Positions 1 to 10,417 of a DNA stretch of 64,000 bases are shown here, in pieces. The notes beneath the pieces are model-generated. The model saw nothing but the letters and a program-made list of their open reading frames with translations. It was not told the DNA's origin and ran no database searches. Position 1 is the stretch's first letter. Each line of letters starts with the position of its first letter. The position numbers and the translations under genes were made by a program. Origin of the DNA: Lama guanicoe (Eukaryota); NCBI GenBank assembly GCA_013239625.1, contig MU056050.1, positions 6,209,366 through 6,273,365 of the forward strand. Direction: 5' to 3'.

Positions 1-11
1 TTCCTGCCAAC

Positions 12-71
12 TTTCTCCCTCCTTTCTCTCTCTCTCTCTCTCTTTCTCTTTCTCTCTCTAAACACACACAC
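12..71. repeat. (TC)n/(CA)n microsatellite
   Basis: Visible TC run followed by ACACACACAC. Confidence 0.9.
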
Positions 72-234
72 CTGCCTATTCTTTATACTGCTCCCCTGGA
101 GTGCTGTCTTTGGCTTCTTCCTGCACTCTACATGTAAACTCTACACTCACTGTAATAGGTAATTACTATATATATCAAACGTGGAAAACTGACTGCTTGA
201 AGCTTCATATGGACTGTAGCTAGGTTTTGTTTGG

Positions 235-381
235 CTGGTTTACCAGACTTTTAAAAAATGTGAATGCCTTTAGGCAGGGCCTATGTGCACATTTTGTCTT
301 CACCCCATATCAGCCCTAGCCAGAATCATCCATTTATGTGACCTGCCTGGATCTTGCAGACACTTAGATTTGCAACTCTTG
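235..381 (-). mobile_element. hAT-Charlie type MITE fragment (MER102/MER103-like)
   Basis: TGAATGCCTTTAGGCAGGG...CATTTATGTGACCTGCCTGG...ATTTGCAACTCTTG resembles the recalled terminal region of this group. Confidence 0.45.
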
Positions 382-419
382 ATACTGTGACTCTCAAAAC
401 TTTATCTGCTGCCCAATCT

Positions 420-1190
420 ACATTCCTTTAGTACAAATATTATATTCAACTTTTTGCCATTATCTCCATTTGTATATGTGACAGGCCCCTCACACTCAAC
501 ATAGGTAAAACAAAGCTAAATTCCCCCTCAAATCTCATTCATCTGTGTTCCTCCTCTGAGTGAATGGCACTCCCTAACATTAAAGTTCAAACCTGAGATT
601 CACCCTTGCACTCTGTCATCCACCTTATCACTCACATTCCATTGCTTTAGCAAGTCTGTCACTTCTACCCCCTAAATCTCTCCCAAATGTATGCCCCCCC
701 CACTGCTGTATTTGTAATTCAGGGTCACAACAGCTCCACCTAGATCACTGTAATAGCCTCTATAAGACTTTTCACGATCATGTCCCTACCGACCCTCTAG
801 TGTTATCTCTTTACCACTCAATTCATACCCTAGGTTAAAGGCCAGCACTCAGAAACTCTCCAGGTTCTCCACACCTCGGTGACTTTGTATGCTCTCTCTG
901 CTTGAAATATCCCTCCCATTTCTCTGCATGAAACACCCTTCCTATATCCCACATTTCAGGAAAACTCACATTCTCCTTCATATTTCAACTCAGACATTAC
1001 CACCTCTAGAATGCCTCTCCTGACACCTCACATCTTGTCTAGGACAGGTGCCCTCAGCACTTCTCACCCACTGCCTCCACTAAACTAACTTCCTTGTGGG
1101 CAGGGAAGGTATTCATCACTGTACTCCACATGCCTTTTTTAAGTGCCTGGCACACAACAGTCCATCAATAAGATTTTTAAAGTAAATGAT
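420..1190 (+). mobile_element. LINE-2 (L2) 3' portion, highly diverged
   Basis: L2 hallmarks CTCACACTCAACAT, GTGAATGGCAC, CACCTAGATCACTGTAATAGCCTC and the terminal GTGCCTGGCACACAACAG..TCAATAA. Confidence 0.75.
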
Positions 1191-3269
1191 TCTCTGAGTA
1201 AAGTCTATCTCCATTAGATTGGTGCCCAAGAGTCTTTGCAACTCAATTCCATATGTCCATTTTCATCTGTATCTCACACTATACCCCTACAATGCTCCAA
1301 ACAATGTAAACAGTCAAGAATATCACATTACAGGTTTTGACTAGGGAGAAAGTCTGTACAACCCAAACGTTATTATTCATAAATTGAGATAAATTGCCAC
1401 TATGACTGTTGAATAAGTAACCAGATTGGTCTACTTCATTCCCTGAAGCCCGTGTACTGGTTTCCCACATCTATCATTGCTCATGGTTTCCTCAATATCT
1501 TTTCTTATAATAAGTCTATCTCTCCTACCCCAGATTATATATTGTCTTCCTGAAACCTGACCAGCTCTACCTAGCCAGAAATAGAAGTGATTGCTGCTTT
1601 CCCTGAGTGCCTTCATATCTTGAATTCTCTGATAACTATCCAATTTTGCCTTTTTTCATAGCTGTTTGTGTGCATAGCTTTTATTCTCTTTCTGACTATA
1701 ATCTCCCATGGAGCAGGTAACATATATTTTGACCTTTGAATGCCCTATGGCATCTTGAACTTAGCAGGGACTCAATGCATATTTTAAATACATATTAAAC
1801 AAAATCAGATCAGGGAGAGCATTTCACCTAATTACAAATGCATTTGGCATTTGATTATCTTCCCCCAGGCCAACTGCTTTGTGAATTTGAAAAAATAAAA
1901 CTCATCCATGGTAATCATTAAGTATTAATTATCATGGTGGTTTCCCATTTACAAATATTAACATAAGAAAAAGGGGTTTTCAAAGTCACTAAGAGGAGCA
2001 GACACTGGTTTCCATTTCTAAAACGAAAGCTACAGAATCCATTTCCATGTGGTCTGCTTGGACAGCGAAGGGATCACTTCAGCTTCCAACTGAAACTATA
2101 TTGGCAACTCAGAGGTATCTCTTCAAAGCCTGAGTCAGTCCCCTGGAGCCTTCCTGAGATAAAGAGCTGTAATTTAATTTGCCATTGCATAAGCCAGTCA
2201 CGGAAAGCATGAAGGAGCTCACGTTTTCATTCCCTTCATAGTAGACATTTAATTATATGATAATTACTTACAGCTTGCTGCTCAGCTTCTACTTTTATGA
2301 AATGTAAATTACACTTCACTCAAAAGTGCAAGATGAGCATTTAAAATACTTCACTAAATAGATTTAAAGACTTTTCAGACATTTTTTCTCCCCCTAGCCA
2401 AGAATTAGAAAGGCAATATACCTTTAAAGGAAACTTTCATTCAGATACCAGGAAAGTTGAGTTCTTAATGAACACCTGAAAAAGAGAAAAGCTTCTAAGG
2501 GGAAAAAATGTATATTGGGTTTTGAACAAGCTCAGAGGCCAAAGCCTCAGCTCTCAGAATAAGTCAGCTACTCTATTAACTGTGCTTACTGGCAGATTCA
2601 TTAACTGAGTTTTACTGGCAAGGCTGAGGGAAAGAAAAGTGATGGCAATGATAAAATAATATGATTTGAATGTCTACTTTTGGAAATGAATGTCAAATGT
2701 GTCTTGTTATTCTTCTAGCATTATTTTCACCTGACGTTAGAATTATGACCTCCTAATAGAGGTCAAGCGACTGGGAAAATCATTATTTCCACTGCTACAT
2801 TATGCATCTAACTAGAAAACCCAGTCTGAGGAACGCAAAGCCACAGCTGACTCAAAGGAATCATGAACCAGTCTCCTTAAACCTTTTGAGGCTTTGCCAT
2901 TGTTTATTGCCAGCTCAAAATTTAAGAGTGTTCAAGATTACTCTCCATGATACTTGTCTCTGGTTTCTCATCCAAGGTCTTGATAGAAAAGTTCAAAAAA
3001 ACTAGGAAATGAACAACAGCCAGAAAAGGAGAGACGTGACAAATTTTTAAGTTGGAAATAAATATATAGAAATTTAAAGCAAAATTTTTGCCGCTGTTTG
3101 ATCAGGAAATAACTAGGAATTCAACTACCACTGATAATAATAAAAGACCTTACACTTGTAGAGAATTTCATTATTTTCAAAACATTTTCACACAAAATCA
3201 TAGCATGTTAGAACTGTGAGGAACATTAAGAATCATGCAGTGTAACCCTCTCTAATATATTCATTCTTA

Positions 3270-3973
3270 TTTTATTTTTATAAACTTTTAATTAAAGCAT
3301 AACATACATGCAGTAAAGGTAAATCTTAATTGTAGATTGATTAGTTTTTATAAAATCAGCACACATGTGTTACCACCACCTAGATCAGGACTTAGAACAT
3401 TAATCAGTATCCCAAGCGTCTCTCTAATGTCCCTCCTGGCCTACCACTATTCTGATTTCTATCATCATAGATTAATTTTGCCTGTGTATGAACTTAATGG
3501 ACTCTTTTGCATCCAGCTTCTTTCTCAACCTTATATTTGTGAGATTAATTTAGTTGTTTCGTGTAGTAGTATTTTGTGCTTTTTAATTGCTATGTGATAC
3601 TCCATTGTGTGAATATACAATTTATCTAGTCCAATGTTGATGAACATTTGGACTGCTTTCAGTTTGGTGCTATTATAAATAATACTGCTATGAATATTTT
3701 GCACATGTCTTTTGGTGTGTGCACATGCAATTCTGTTGGAGATATCTATATCTATATATATAGATATATATATATACACATACACAAATTTGTAAGGTTA
3801 CTGGGTACACATATATTCAACTTAAGTAGATACTGCCAGTTTTCTAAAGTGGTTGTACTAACCAGACTCCAAAAACAGTGTATGAGAGTGCTAGCTGCTC
3901 CTCATCCTTGACAATACTTGGTATTATTGGTCTTTTTAATATTAGCTATCCTGACAAATGTGTAGTGATATCT
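3270..3973 (-). mobile_element. Old LINE-1 (L1M-type) 3' end, ORF2 C-terminus and 3'UTR
   Basis: Poly(T) at about 3270; L1 3' motifs such as TACTCCATTGTGTGAATATAC and GCTGCTCCTCATCCTTGACAATACTTGG; internal (TA)n at about 3745-3786. Confidence 0.85.
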
Positions 3974-4103
3974 TTTTTTCATTTTTAATGCATTTTTTAA
4001 TTGAAGTGTAGTTGATTTACAATGTTGTGTTGGTTTTTGGTGTACAGCATAGTGATTTGGTTACACATATATTCTTTTTCATATTCTTTTTCATTATAGG
4101 CTA
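3974..4103 (-). mobile_element. Young lineage-specific L1 3' tail (distal half of a split element)
   Basis: Reverse complement reads TAGCCTATAATGAAAAAGAATATG...CAACTACACTTCAATTAAAAAA. Confidence 0.85.
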
Positions 4104-4545
4104 GCTTTTCTATGTAACATATGCCATAATGGAAATGAGTTATTAAGATGATTGTCAATATCATTTTCTCCCACTGGTTTGTAAGCTCCATAAGGATTAG
4201 TCCATAAGGACTAATCTTTTTTGTTCATTTTTATATTCCTACCACCTCCCAATGTCTGACATTTAGAAGATGTAAACGAATGTGGGATAAGTGAATACAT
4301 GAAGGAAAATCTTTCCATAGTTTTGAAGTAACAATGCAGAAGTTATTTTCTGATCTTTCTTTCTTTAAATTTATACAGTGGTGATAGCTTATAAGATGAA
4401 AATAGACAATGCATTGACTATTATTGTGCCAAAAGAATTGGCATAGAGTTGTTTATATTATTCTTTTATTATCTTTTTCAACATATATAATATCTGTAGT
4501 GATATCTTTTTTTCATTCCTTGTATTGGTAATTTGAGCCCTCTCT

Positions 4546-4814
4546 TGGACTTCATGAAATAAAAAATTCCTATTCATCTAAAAAACACCATTAAGGGACT
4601 GAAAGGAAAACCAGTGTGCAAAAAAATGTTTGTAATATAGACAATGGGCAAATGGCTTGTATTCAGAATATATAAACAACTTCTATAAATCAATTAAAAA
4701 TATAGATAACCCAATTAAAAAGTTTAGACTTGAACAATTATTTCACAAATTAGGATATCAAAATGATCAGCAAGCTTTGTTAGTCATCAGGGAAATGCAA
4801 ATTAAAACCAAAAT
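4546..4814 (+). mobile_element. Old LINE-1 ORF2 fragment (upstream continuation of 3270-3973, now inverted)
   Basis: Ends TAGTCATCAGGGAAATGCAAATTAAAACCAAAAT (IREMQIKTK); preceded by an opposite-strand L1 piece at about 4435-4545. Confidence 0.8.
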
Positions 4815-5306
4815 TACTAATTCAAAAAGATATATGCACCCCAATGTTCATAGCAGCACTATTTAAAATAGCCAAGACATGGAAGCAACCTAAATGTCCA
4901 TCAACAGATGATTAGATAAAGAAGATGTGGTATATATATATATATATACAATGGAATACTGCTCAGCCATAAAAATGACAACATAATGCGATTTGCAGCA
5001 ACATGGATGCAACTAGAGATTGTCATAGTAAGTGAAGTAAGTCAAAGAGAAATCATATGATATCACTTACATGTGGAATCTAAATGAAAATGATACAAGT
5101 GAGCTTATTTACAAACCGGAAATAGATTCACAGACACAGAAAACAAACTTATGGTTACCAAAGGAGAAAGGAGTGGGGAGGGATAAATTAGGAGTTTGGG
5201 ATTAGCAGATACAAACTACTATATATAAAATAGATAAACAACAAGATCCTACTGTATAGCACAGGGAACTATATTCAATATCTTGTAATAGCCTATAATG
5301 AAAAAG
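4815..5306 (+). mobile_element. Young L1 3' region (proximal half of a split element)
   Basis: CAAAAAGATATATGCACCCCAATGTTCATAGCAGCAC...CAGGGAACTATATTCAATATCTTGTAATAGCCTATAATGAAAAAG; the final ~100 nt are missing here and lie at 3974-4103 on the minus strand. Confidence 0.9.
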
Positions 5307-5689
5307 CATATAAAAAAAACAAAGCAGGACATTAAACACAGTAGGTTTGCTACATAATGGAGTATATGAAATGGATATATGCACGTGGAATGATATACTA
5401 AGTATATTATTATTGAAAAGCAAAAGTAGAAGGAACTCAGACTATGTATTTGTTTGTGCATGTAAGCCTATAGCTGTAGAAACACAGAAATTGTCTGGAA
5501 AGCTACATATCCATCAAACAAGGGGGTTATCTTATGAGGGCAGGAGCCTGGTTAGTGTTGAGGAAAGGAGTAGAGAAGGGAACTCTATCTGTATCCTACT
5601 TGTTTTTAAGAAAGAATCTTTATGTACATAATTTCATATGTTGCTGTGTAATGAAGATAGTATTTCAAATATTAAGAAAAATACAATAA

Positions 5690-6490
5690 AGCCAAGGCAA
5701 AAGGAAGCAAAAAGCTAAACTGCTGTCCTAAAATAGAAGTGGCTCTGAGGTTTGGTACCTCCGAAAAAGAGGTACCTAGAGCTTTAAGACAGTGTCCTCA
5801 AGGGACAGACTGGGAGTTCAAGATTTATAGATACTGACAGGTATATATAGAATAGATAAACAAGTTTATACTGTACAGCACAGGGAAATATATTCAAGAT
5901 CTTGTAGTAGCTCATGGTGAAAAAAAGAATATGAAACCGAATATATGTATATTCATGCATGACTGAAAAACTGTGCTGTACACCAGAAATTGACACAACA
6001 TTGGAAACTGACTATAGCTCAAAAAAAAGAAAAAAAGACAGTGTCCTCAAAACTGGCAGGGCTACTGGAGTTGTATAGATTCTACAAGTAGAGAATATAG
6101 GCAGCCTGTTTCCTGATGGTACACAGGAGGTAACGAGACCTCAGAGGATAATGGCAATGTGGTATCCAAGGAAGGCTAGACTCCAGGTCACTCCAGGGTT
6201 CCCATCCTGGACAGAAACCCCTCTGCCTCAGCCTGGTCCAGGATCAGCAGAGCTGTTAGCCTTGAAGAGACCATCCAGTGTGTGGACTGAAGACCTGAGG
6301 ACTCACTGTGATTGTCTGAGACACCCAGCACTTAACATGAGACTGGAGGCCTCAATAAGCACTGAGATTGGATTTTCTACCAAATTTGGGGGGGGGTGGT
6401 CTCTAAGCAGATTCAATCATGTTTAGAGAATAAAAGAAATACAGTATTTCTTTTGATCCACATTTTGGGGTAAAAAGCATGCTTACCACG
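5690..6490 (+). mobile_element. Ancient Gypsy-class LTR (MamGypLTR-like), interrupted by the L1 at 5802-6034
   Basis: 3' part ACTGAGATTGGATTTTCTACC...AGATTCAATC...GAATAAAAGAAAT...ATTTCTT resembles the recalled MamGypLTR 3' end; the left boundary is uncertain. Confidence 0.5.
5802..6034 (+). mobile_element. 5'-truncated young L1 with poly(A) and 16-bp TSD
   Basis: TSD AAGACAGTGTCCTCAA at 5786-5801 and 6035-6050; TTT/AA endonuclease-type site; A-rich tail. Confidence 0.92.
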
Positions 6491-7659
6491 AGATTTAATA
6501 CTGGGAGGAAGTAGTGGCATCCGGAAAGTCTCAAAACAGTTTGAGCTGAGCTACAGGTGCCTTTTATAGGATTCTCCTGCTCATCAGTGAGAAAGGAGCC
6601 ATTACAGGTGTGGGGCAGGCACGGACAAATGCTCAGAGAATGAAAGGGGGACTGGTCCTAGCCCTTTCAGGGACACATTCCAATCTCCAGAAAGTCGTCC
6701 TTCCTGTCTGACCTCCATCTCTCCCACAGGAGAGATACATAGAAAGTTGGGCTTCCTTACCTTAATCTATTGCTTCCCAGCAGTGAAAATAGGCCTCCCA
6801 AGTGGCCGCCAAGGTTATAGGGGCAAAATTGTGCTTCACACTTAACAGGGAAAGAAGCTCCTCCTTGAGTTATGTGTCATTAGTGGATCCTAATGTCATT
6901 AAATACAAGAATCAAAATTTGCATAGAAATCATTGCAGGGAATTGTTTCTTCTCCATGCCAGCATTGATTTCCCAGCACCGTTAGGTGCTTAATGCTACT
7001 GCTTTTAATTGATTACTCCAGGGGAGTCCCTCAATAGCAGGATTCTTCAATTGAGACACTAGGACATTCATTGAATGTGATTCGACAGCCCCAATTGACT
7101 CTGGAGACCTCTGCCTTTCTATAGCACAATCAGAACAGCCCCACACAGTTTAATAAATCATGTGGTCCTTCCAAATGCAATACTCAGGCTACAGCCCACT
7201 TAAAAATATGAACCTGTCCAGTTCTGTTTACCTGCTCAAAATCAGTGATCAAGTCATACATTTGTAAGTACACACAAAGTTGGGTATCTGAGGCTTACTT
7301 TAAAACCTCTTCTGGTCCCCACCTTTGTATGTACGTGAAAACTCTAAAATGCCTGAATTCACCCTCCTGCCTTAGTAAGCAGTTGCGTGACCCTAGCTCA
7401 AATCTTCTTTGGCTAACCAGGGGGATTGCGGTGTTTGGTATTTGCAACACAACTGTCATTACTGAGGACTAAAGCCAAGTGCTGGGTTGAAAGCATAGTA
7501 AGGGTAAGACAGTGCAGGGTGCTCTTTAATATCTACTCATTTCCCCAGTCCCCAGAAGGAGTTTCTTGTCTTCTGATTCTCTTACATGTTGGCCTCAGAA
7601 AAAAGGCTTTGGTTCATCAAGTCAATCCAATTGACCAAATATAGTGTGCCTTGATGGGG

Positions 7660-8460
7660 TTGATATAAATATCGAACCACAAATTCAGATGCACAAGAAT
7701 TTTTTTTCTTATAACTTAGTCTATTTTGAGCTACCATTCCACCAGGTAGTATAAAACTTAATTTCAGTCAGTTCAAGCTCTTCCCACAATCTCTGGGGTT
7801 GTGGCCAAGACAAAGAGAAAGTATTTGATCTTTAGTTTTCTGCTGTCCACCCTGGAATCCACTGAGAGGTATGCTGTCATATATGTCTTTTGTTGGCTCT
7901 GTGCATGTGTTGCAAGGATATTCAAATTCCACCCAGGCTTCAATCACAGTTTGACGCAGATCACTGCCTTGCCTCCTTAATGCTGAGTTGAAGTTTTCTC
8001 AGGTCTTGGGGTCCCTCATGGCTATCCAGAAAACACTTGGTTCATCCCATACCTCGCCAGGGTCCAGGGAATTGTAAGGCTGCCTCAAGCCCTGTCCCGA
8101 AAGATAACACCTTTGGCCAACACTACTCTACTGCTCTGAAGACAGGCTGGGTTCAGGGGAACTCTTCAGGGCTTGTTGCCTCCCTCTATGTGGGAAGAGG
8201 CCAGGCACAGTCTCAGATTTCTGCTCAGATTTCGTCATCCCCCTCCCCCTTGAGGACTACATTGTTTCTTCCACTTGGGTCTTGTCCCAAAAAGCAGGTT
8301 ACTGTACCTCTGTTAAAGGACTTACTAAGGACTTTTGTTCTGTCACTCCTCTCACATCCCATGGAATTTTCATCCAGTCTGGGGAAAGAAAAACTGGCTT
8401 GGATTGATCCTGCAGCCTTTCAAATCTATTATGTATGTCATGAAGTGTATGTCCTGGGTT
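7660..8460 (-). mobile_element. Ancient Gypsy-class LTR (MamGypLTR-like)
   Basis: Reverse complement of 7661-7770 (GACTGAAATTAAGTTTTATACTACCTGGTGGAATGG...TTCTTGTGCATCTGAATTTGTGG) aligns by eye with 6361-6470. Confidence 0.5.
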
Positions 8461-9253
8461 CTTGAGGGCTTAGGCTTTTGAAGCTCAAAAGCCCTGGTTC
8501 CTGTAACTCTAAATAGACTTTCAAAACTCGAAGGCTAAGAATTAACTTTTTTATTTTCTACCCTTCTACTATAATAACCTTTCTCTTAGGTGATGAAATT
8601 TCTTTGCTGAATATAGAGGGGAAAGGCTAGGTGTAGGGATGGACACACACACACAAACACACAGGATAACTTATTAAAATATTATCCCAACATGCTATTA
8701 TATACTTAAGGCCATAGTAGAAACTAGAGGGGACAAAAGAAAGACACGGTCTGTGTGCCAAAGAGAATACAGTTTCATTACAGAGACCATGATTTATATA
8801 TCTGAGACACTCAAAAAATACATTGTGACATATAATTCAGGGATAGCGCGAATGATACTCAAAATGCTATAAAGAAGCCAAATAAGAGAGCTATCAATAT
8901 GAACCATAGAGGTCAGAGACAGTTCCATGGAAATGATTGACCCAAATGGAAGAAGGTAGTAGGAGGTAATAAATGAATAATTTCATCCTGAAAACTTTTC
9001 TCCAGTCAAGTGTCAAGTCCCTTATATTAGGCTTTTTATGGTGTTTTCACTGTCCTCCTGCAGGTTTGACGAAAAAGCCTATTTATGTCTTTCAAAAACA
9101 AATGTGCCCTAGAGCTCAATTCACTTAGTATTCAACACGTACTTATTAAACACGTACAGTATGCTGAGCCCCATGCTAGGTACCATTAGGGCTATTTGCC
9201 TAGAAGGGAATCACCTGGATCTCATACAATATCCTGGGCAGCGCAGTGAAGAG

Positions 9254-9411
9254 CAGTAGTTTTCACACTTGAGCTGCCTCAGAATCACCTGGAGGACTTG
9301 CTAAACCCCAAATTACCAAGCCTCACCTCCAGAGTTTCTGACTCAGTAAGTCTTTGGCAGTGCCTGAGAATTTGCATTTCTAATGAGTTCCCAAGTGATG
9401 CGGATGGTCTG
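9254..9411. mobile_element. MER5A-type hAT MITE
   Basis: CAGAATCACCTGGAGGACTTG...CCAGAGTTTCTGACTCAGTAAGTCT...GAATTTGCATTTCTAA..AGTTCCCAAGTGATGC. Confidence 0.8.
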
Positions 9412-9498
9412 GCAGAAATGACTGGCATATAAACTGACTATACTTCAATAAAAAATATGTATATACAAAAAAATTGGAAAAAAGAACCCACAGGATTT

Positions 9499-9600
9499 TT
9501 TAAAATTTATTTTTTATTGGTGAGGGGAGGTAATTAGGCTTATTTATTTATTTTAATGGAGGTAATGAGGGTTGAACCCTGGGCTTCATGCCTGCTAAGC
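9499..9600 (-). mobile_element. 5'-truncated Vic-1-type tRNA-derived SINE
   Basis: Matches the copy at 40109; TSD AGAACCCACA(G/A)GATTT at 9483-9498 and 9601-9616. Confidence 0.85.
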
Positions 9601-9611
9601 AGAACCCACAA

Positions 9612-9770
9612 GATTTAGAGTCAACCAGACCTGGGTGTGAATTCCAGCTCTGGTACTTACTAGCTATGCAACCCTGAGGACATTATTTATCTGCTCTGAG
9701 CCTCAGGAATTTTTTTTGTCTATAACTCATGATACAACAAGATTCAGCAAACCTATTGTGAGATCTGTGT
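9612..9770 (+). mobile_element. MIR SINE
   Basis: AGACCTGGGTGTGAATTCCAGCTCTG..ACTTACTAGCT...CTCTGAGCCTCAG core. Confidence 0.8.
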
Positions 9771-9999
9771 GTTAGGGTACAGGGGAAATAGCAGTGAACA
9801 CGATAGACATAGATCCTGAGGGGCGACAACCGTTCAACACCATCACAAAAAGTAGTGTGTAATTACCATTATGACTAGTCCTGTAAAGCAGGAGGGCAAC
9901 ATGCTATGGAAAACAGAGAGAAGAGCTAATCCAGGCTGAATGCTCAGGGAAGACATTACTGGAGCAGGCTAATACTTGAACTATAAGTAAAAGAGCCTC

Positions 10000-10417
10000 T
10001 GTACTAAGTAGTACAAAGCTACTATTCGTAGCTGCTGGTTGGTCCAAGGTATGATGTGGCTGGTGGTGGTGGGGGGGGGGTTCCAAGTGTGGCTAATAGG
10101 GAGTAATAGGGAGATGGGGCAAAAAGGAGCACGAGCTATAGAAGGGGTGGATGTGGCTGGTGGTGGTGGGTGGGGCTAGAGGGTGTGGCCAGTGGAGGAG
10201 GGCATGGTGGTGGGCATGACAGTGGGGAATTGTAGGGGCAGGGTGGGATGAGGATACTGGGCTGTAAAGCCTGGTGGAAGCGATGCATGGGAGGTGGTGA
10301 CTTGCTGCTCACAGTGGACAAGGTTAGTGGCTGTGACTTGTGATGCTGGTGAGTGCAATCGTTATGAAGAATAAGGGGGCATTCCTTTAGATAAACGACT
10401 CAGAGAAGGGAGTTACA
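10000..10417. mobile_element. Solo LTR (LTR78-like) inserted in a minus-strand L2
   Basis: TG...CA ends (TGTACT...GTTACA); G-rich interior; L2 sequence resumes on both sides (about 9770-9999 and 10418-10770). Confidence 0.5.

Noticed and set aside
3961..4517. Identical 23-mer TGTAGTGATATCTTTTTTTCATT at 3961-3983 and 4495-4517 as a possible TSD
   Set aside because: Each copy is explained by a different L1 region plus T-rich sequence, and the inversion model fits the junctions better; treated as coincidence.
5754..5776. Hairpin GGTACCTC-CGAAAAA-GAGGTACC
   Set aside because: An 8-bp stem is within chance expectation for 64 kb, and there is no supporting context.
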